DNA from: Acidobacteriota bacterium
Lineage (GTDB): Bacteria; Acidobacteriota; UBA6911; RPQK01; CBDDCF01
DNA: 64,000 nucleotides
Assembly (NCBI GenBank): GCA_965225995.1
Contig: CBDDCF010000032.1
Location: forward strand, 98,838-162,837
Reading direction: 5' to 3'
Position numbers and translations under genes: made by a program
The notes under the pieces: model-generated
Databases searched by the model: none
Told to the model about the DNA's origin: nothing
The model's input: the letters and a program-made list of their open reading frames with translations, nothing else
Shown: one piece after another, positions 59,444-64,000 of the stretch
How the letters are laid out: every line of letters begins with the position of its first letter
How positions within the stretch are numbered: the first letter of the stretch is position 1

Positions 59444-60980
59444 GAGTCTGCGCGGCAGGAGTTTCTGATCAACGTGGAATTTCCAATTCTTGAGTTTATG
59501 TTTCGGGGTGCTCTATAAGAGAAAGGGCGATCTTTATCGTGCTTCCGCTTGCAGAGGCGGCCGAACTGCTGAAAATGAGCCCAGGGGGAGGGCATCTTTC
59601 CGTCCGAACCTGCTCAGCAGGTGGGTAGGCGCCCATTCATGCGTTTCAAGTTCAGGGCGAGACAGACCAGGTCCCACTCGCCTTCCACTTTTTCGAGTCC
59701 CCTCAAGCTGAAGGTTCGAAAGCCAAGGACCTGTTTAACCCAGCCGAATACAGGTTCCGCGATCACCTTGCGCCGGCGGTAGACAGTTTGCCCCGCCTCC
59801 GTGCCCAGCTTCTTGAACATGCGCAGCGTGGCGGGGAGATTTTCCGACGGCTCTGGATCTCGCCCCTCTCGGCCCAAAGAGATGTAGCCATCGATCTCGC
59901 GTTCTTCTAGACCTTCAAAGTTCTCCTCGGACTTATACCCGGCGTCGGCCACTACCTGCTCGGGAGGGTGCTCCAGGTTCTCTTGGACCGCATCGATCAT
60001 CCCCAGTAATTGTCTGTTGTCGGCCGCGTTATTGGTAACCCCCGTGGCCACGATCATCTGTGTCTCCTCATCCACAGCGGCTTGCGTGTTGTAGCATTGT
60101 TCGAATCCCCCAGAGCTCTTCATGATTCGACTTTCCGGATCTGTAAAGTTGTCTTGGGCCTTCTCCTCGGGAACTCCAAACTCCCGCTTGAAGGGGCGTC
60201 CTCCGCGCGGGTTCTTGCGACCGTCTCCGGGCTTGCGGCCGCGCTTCCGATCCGCCTCGGCCTGCCGTTGCTCCACGCGCTGCTTTGCCTCCCCGATCTT
60301 TTTCAGCCGATCTTCGCGGCGGCGTAACTCTTCAGGCAGTTCGTCTCCCTGATTCTCTTCGCCGTAGAGCTCGTCTTCCGCTTTATCCACCTGCTGCGCA
60401 CGATCCAACAGTTCGGCGATCTCTCCTTCCAGCCTTTTCTCTTCTTCCAACATCCGTGAATAGCTCATCGCCTTATGTTTGCTGGCGTTGGCCTTGATCT
60501 TACAGCCGTCCACCGCCACTCGCCCCAGCTTGACCAATCCCGCCTCGGCCGCGATCCGCGCCACCTGCCCAAACAGTTTCTTGAACTCTTTGAGATGACG
60601 TTGACGAAACTCCGCCATCGTCCGGTGGGCTGGAAAATTACCCGCCGACAACACTCGAACAGCCACGTCCTCATACACTCGACGAGCCAGTTTCCGCGAC
60701 GAGAACGTTCCCGTCGCGTACCCATAAATCAGGATCTTCACCATCATCCTCTGATCAAACGGCCGATTGCGCCGCCCGTCCCCTTCGTACGGCGCGTAGA
60801 ATCCACTCAGATCCAGCTCATCCACCGTTTCGGAGATAAAGTAGGACAGATGATCTTCCGGCAACCAATCTCGCGGGGAGGGGGGTAGCAAGAAGCTCTG
60901 CTCCGGCTGGTACTTCCGAAATGTCGTTCCCATATCGCCATTTTATTCACCAGCCCGGACATTTCCTGCCGCGCAGACTC
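59444..60980 (-). mobile_element. IS1182-family element
   Basis: 17-bp IRs GAGTCTGCGCGGCAGGA; CTAG duplication at 59440-59443 and 60981-60984. Confidence 0.92.
59614..60933 (-). CDS. IS1182-family transposase
   Basis: LPEDHL, SSRKL, VDGCKIKANAS, TDPESRIMK, ADAGY, EPVFGWVK. Confidence 0.93.
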   Translation of the reverse strand: MGTTFRKYQPEQSFLLPPSPRDWLPEDHLSYFISETVDELDLSGFYAPYEGDGRRNRPFDQRMMVKILIYGYATGTFSSRKLARRVYEDVAVRVLSAGNFPAHRTMAEFRQRHLKEFKKLFGQVARIAAEAGLVKLGRVAVDGCKIKANASKHKAMSYSRMLEEEKRLEGEIAELLDRAQQVDKAEDELYGEENQGDELPEELRRREDRLKKIGEAKQRVEQRQAEADRKRGRKPGDGRKNPRGGRPFKREFGVPEEKAQDNFTDPESRIMKSSGGFEQCYNTQAAVDEETQMIVATGVTNNAADNRQLLGMIDAVQENLEHPPEQVVADAGYKSEENFEGLEEREIDGYISLGREGRDPEPSENLPATLRMFKKLGTEAGQTVYRRRKVIAEPVFGWVKQVLGFRTFSLRGLEKVEGEWDLVCLALNLKRMNGRLPTC

Positions 60981-61111
60981 CTAGCCCGGATGCTCGGAAG
61001 TTGCTCCTCCTACCGGCCCAATCATCTCTTCTTGGCACACCCCCGCCACGGGGGGCGCGAGACCCCCTACTTTTACTAACGTTCCAACCCTCAAGAGTGC
61101 GAAAAAAAAGA

Positions 61112-61188
61112 TGGTGGGCGATACTGGACTCGAACCAGTGACCTCCGCCGTGTGAAGACGGCGCTCTAACCAGCTGAGCTAATCGCCC
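61112..61188 (-). tRNA. tRNA-Val (anticodon CAC)
   Basis: GGGCGATTAGCTCAGCTGGTTAGAGC...TT-CAC-AC...GGTTCGAGTCC...CGCCCACCA, 77 nt. Confidence 0.97.
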
Positions 61189-61240
61189 CCGCCAAAGATC
61201 AAGATGCGGTATTTTAGTGAAGCTTGAGATGGGAAGTCAA

Positions 61241-62269
61241 ATGCAGCACCAGCACGATCTGATTATCATTGGAGCCGGCGCAGCCGGCCTCGCTTGCGCC
61301 ATTGAAGCCAAGCAGCGAAAACTCGATTTCGTGGTGATCGAGAAGGGTTGTGTCGTCAACGCGATCTTCCACTTCCCCACCAACATGACCTTTTTCACTA
61401 CCGCCAACTTGCTTGAGATTGGAGATGTACCGCTAATCACTTCAGAGGAAAAACCGAAACGGGTCGATGCTCTCAAATACTACCGTCGGGTCGTGGAGCA
61501 CTACCAGCTCCCCCTCCGGGACTACGAAAAGATCACCAGTGTCGAGGGAAGTGAACCCGACTTCAGGCTGCGATCCGAGGATCGCTTCGGAACCGAGCAT
61601 GAGCTACGAGCCCGACGATTGATCGTTGCCACCGGCTATTACGACAATCCCAACCTGATGAATATTCCGGGTGAGACACTGCCCAAGGTGAGTCACTACT
61701 ACACCGAACCTCATCCCTACTTCGGAAAGAAAGTCGCCGTCATCGGCGGGAAGAATTCGGCGGTGGAGGCGGCGCTCGAGCTCTACCGGAACTCAGTCGA
61801 CGTCGTGCTGATCCATCGTGGGCCAGAGCTCCAAAAGCACATCAAGTACTGGGTCCTGCCGGACATCCTGAATCGCATCGAACGCCAAGAGATCCACGCC
61901 TTCCTCTCGACTACAGTGGAAGAGATCCGAGAACGGGAACTCGTTCTGCAGACCCCCGAGGGACGCAAATCGATCGAGAACGACTTCGTTCTGGCGATGA
62001 CGGGTTACCAGCCGAACGAAGGCTTCTTGAGAGGCATGGGAATCCATCTCGATCCGGAGAATCTGATTCCAGAGCACGATGAAAAAACGCTGGAAAGTAA
62101 TGTCCCCGGTCTTTTCCTGGCGGGAGCCATCGTTTCGGGACGAATGACGAACAAGATATTCATCGAAAACGGCCGCTTCCACGGCAAACAGATCTTCGAG
62201 CACTGGACGGCGTGGGAGAAAAGCACGATCGCGGAAGGCGCAGGTATGAACTGCGGAGGGAAGGCATGA
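61241..62269 (+). CDS. ypdA: YpdA-family putative bacillithiol disulfide reductase
   Basis: GAGAAG, FFTT..LEIG, ATGYYD.PN, GGKNSA, KYWV.PD, FIENGRFHG. Confidence 0.88.
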   Translation: MQHQHDLIIIGAGAAGLACAIEAKQRKLDFVVIEKGCVVNAIFHFPTNMTFFTTANLLEIGDVPLITSEEKPKRVDALKYYRRVVEHYQLPLRDYEKITSVEGSEPDFRLRSEDRFGTEHELRARRLIVATGYYDNPNLMNIPGETLPKVSHYYTEPHPYFGKKVAVIGGKNSAVEAALELYRNSVDVVLIHRGPELQKHIKYWVLPDILNRIERQEIHAFLSTTVEEIRERELVLQTPEGRKSIENDFVLAMTGYQPNEGFLRGMGIHLDPENLIPEHDEKTLESNVPGLFLAGAIVSGRMTNKIFIENGRFHGKQIFEHWTAWEKSTIAEGAGMNCGGKA

Positions 62270-62327
62270 TGGGGGACGTCTTTAGTTCATCCCTGCGACG
62301 TCCCACTTCATACTTTCTCCAAATACC

Positions 62328-63653
62328 ATGTATCGAGTAGCCATCGTAGGACGCCCTAATGTGGGCAAGTCCTCCCTCTTCAACAAACTGGTCCAACGCC
62401 GCAAAGCTCTGGTTGGAAACGAACCCGGTATGACCCGGGATCGGATGATGAGTATCGCTGAGTGGTACGGGAAGTGTTTTGAAGTCATCGACACCGGGGG
62501 AATCGATCCCGAGGACAAGGAAGAGATCCCCGACCAGATATTTCGTCAGGCCCGGATAGCGCTGGAGGACGCCGACCTCCTCTTGATGGTGGTGGACGGC
62601 CGCACCGGTCCCACGGTTATTGACGAATCCCTCCACTCATTTCTGCGCACCTGCGGCAAGGAATTCCATGTGATCGTCAACAAGATTGACGTGATACAAC
62701 TGGAAGACCCCCTGATGGCACCCTTCTATGCCTGGGGTGTCGATCGTCTTTTCCCGATTTCGGCCGAACACTCGATTGGAGTCGATGAACTCGTTGACGA
62801 GATTCTCGAGCGAATACCTGCCAGCCAGGAGACTTCCACTTTGGAGGAGATCCGGGTGGCGATTATAGGCCGACCCAATGTCGGCAAGTCTTCGCTGTTG
62901 AACAAGCTGATGGGGGAGGAACGGGCGATTGTCACCGCCATTCCCGGGACGACTCGGGATTCAATCGACTCACTGCTCGAATACAAAGGACGCCGAATCA
63001 AGTTAATCGACACCGCCGGCATTCGCCGCAAGGGGCGTACCCATGCCATGGCCGAAAAGCTCAGTGTGGTGATGTCTCGCAAAAACATTGAGCTGGCCGA
63101 TGTAGTGATCTTGATAATTGACGCTTCCCAGGGGGCTGCCCATTCCGACGCCGTTATCGGTGGCTACGCCCATGATGCGGGCAAGTCGCTCGTCATTGCC
63201 GCCAACAAATGGGACCTGGTCCAGCGAGATAGTTTTACCTCGATACGGAAGGAAAAGGAGTTTCGGGAAGAAATGCGTTTTCTGGAATACGCACCGATGT
63301 GTTTCATTTCCGCTCTCTCCGGTCAACGGATCTTCAAACTTCTCGATCTGGCGGTGAAGGCTTTCGACGCTCGCTCTTTTCGAGTTCCCACTGCGCCGCT
63401 CAATCAGTTCGTAGAAGCCGCGCTGATTCCCCTGGCTCAACCCCGCCAGGGGAGTTCCAAATCCCCCGTCCTGTATGTCTCACAGACCAGTATCGCTCCC
63501 CCCACCTTCGTCATCTTCACCCGTACTCGACATAAGCTCCACTTTTCGCTAGAGCGTTTCCTGGCCAACAAACTGAGGGAGCGTTACGGCTTCTTCGCCA
63601 CTCCGATTCGAGTTCGCCAGAGGATTCGCAGAGGCCGCACAACGGGCGCTTGA
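62328..63653 (+). CDS. der: Ribosome biogenesis GTPase Der (EngA)
   Basis: Two GRPNVGKSS G-domains with DTGG and DTAG, then a KH-like C-terminus. Confidence 0.97.
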   Translation: MYRVAIVGRPNVGKSSLFNKLVQRRKALVGNEPGMTRDRMMSIAEWYGKCFEVIDTGGIDPEDKEEIPDQIFRQARIALEDADLLLMVVDGRTGPTVIDESLHSFLRTCGKEFHVIVNKIDVIQLEDPLMAPFYAWGVDRLFPISAEHSIGVDELVDEILERIPASQETSTLEEIRVAIIGRPNVGKSSLLNKLMGEERAIVTAIPGTTRDSIDSLLEYKGRRIKLIDTAGIRRKGRTHAMAEKLSVVMSRKNIELADVVILIIDASQGAAHSDAVIGGYAHDAGKSLVIAANKWDLVQRDSFTSIRKEKEFREEMRFLEYAPMCFISALSGQRIFKLLDLAVKAFDARSFRVPTAPLNQFVEAALIPLAQPRQGSSKSPVLYVSQTSIAPPTFVIFTRTRHKLHFSLERFLANKLRERYGFFATPIRVRQRIRRGRTTGA

Positions 63654-63703
63654 CAGTAACCGGGGAGCTTGCGATCATGGGGTCAACCGAGGCGCTCTAA
63701 CCC

Positions 63704-63967
63704 TTGATAAAAGCTGATCTTGCACGCACCGTCTACGAAACCCATGGGGGTATTTCCTATCGTGAAGCACGTGAACTTGTGGACTTCTTGCTGAGTCGAA
63801 TCAAGACTGAGCTGGCCGCCGGACAGAGCGTCAAATTGGCTGGATTCGGATCTCTCAAAGTTGTTTCGAGACGGGGTCGTCTGGGGCGAAATCCTCAGAC
63901 CGGCAGTCGCTTGCAACTGGAACCAAGCAAGTACGTCATATTCCGACCGTCTCGCAAAGGCTTTTAG
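63704..63967 (+). CDS. HU/IHF-family DNA-binding protein
   Basis: KADL..., VKLAGFGSL, GRNPQTG, FRPS. Confidence 0.9.
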   Translation: MIKADLARTVYETHGGISYREARELVDFLLSRIKTELAAGQSVKLAGFGSLKVVSRRGRLGRNPQTGSRLQLEPSKYVIFRPSRKGF

Positions 63968-64000
63968 TCTTCCGATCCGCCAGCTGGCAGCCTGGATCAG

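Noticed and set aside
59240-61188. Genomic island integrated at tRNA-Val
   Set aside because: I saw no duplicated tRNA 3' end and no tyrosine or serine integrase; only IS1182 lies nearby.

Overview
About 64 kb of GC-rich bacterial chromosome, probably Acidobacteriota (inferred from an ADOP-type duplicated permease, a VPS10/BNR protein, ypdA and a tandem-Cache protein). The housekeeping backbone includes ispG, a Gld-like ABC cassette, nhaC, a dynamin-like GTPase, cutA, ftsB, ltaE, recQ, tRNA-Val(CAC), ypdA, der and HU/IHF. Insertion sequences are abundant: two inverted IS6 copies enclosing nested remnants and a Cache gene, two IS630 copies, two IS21 elements and one IS1182. Four things stand out. 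(1) A thioester protein of about 1915 aa with animal-type C3/CD109/TEP motifs (YVLPRFE, RxFFPETW, GCGEQNM, IHTELLGG); its signal peptide is split by an IS21-in-IS630 nest. (2) Directly downstream, a translationally coupled operon: glycosyltransferase-like gene, B12 radical SAM fused to a methyltransferase, a 95-aa G-x-hydrophobic-x-x pentapeptide-repeat protein, and a glycosyltransferase/flavin-reductase fusion; this is a candidate peptide/protein modification system. (3) A TPR-like/TlpA selenoprotein (UxxC plus SECIS-like hairpin) that the ORF track splits. (4) A sigma-54-driven 47-aa secreted peptide. Several single-base frameshifts lie in C/G homopolymers and may be sequencing errors. All family calls come from motif recognition, not database searches.
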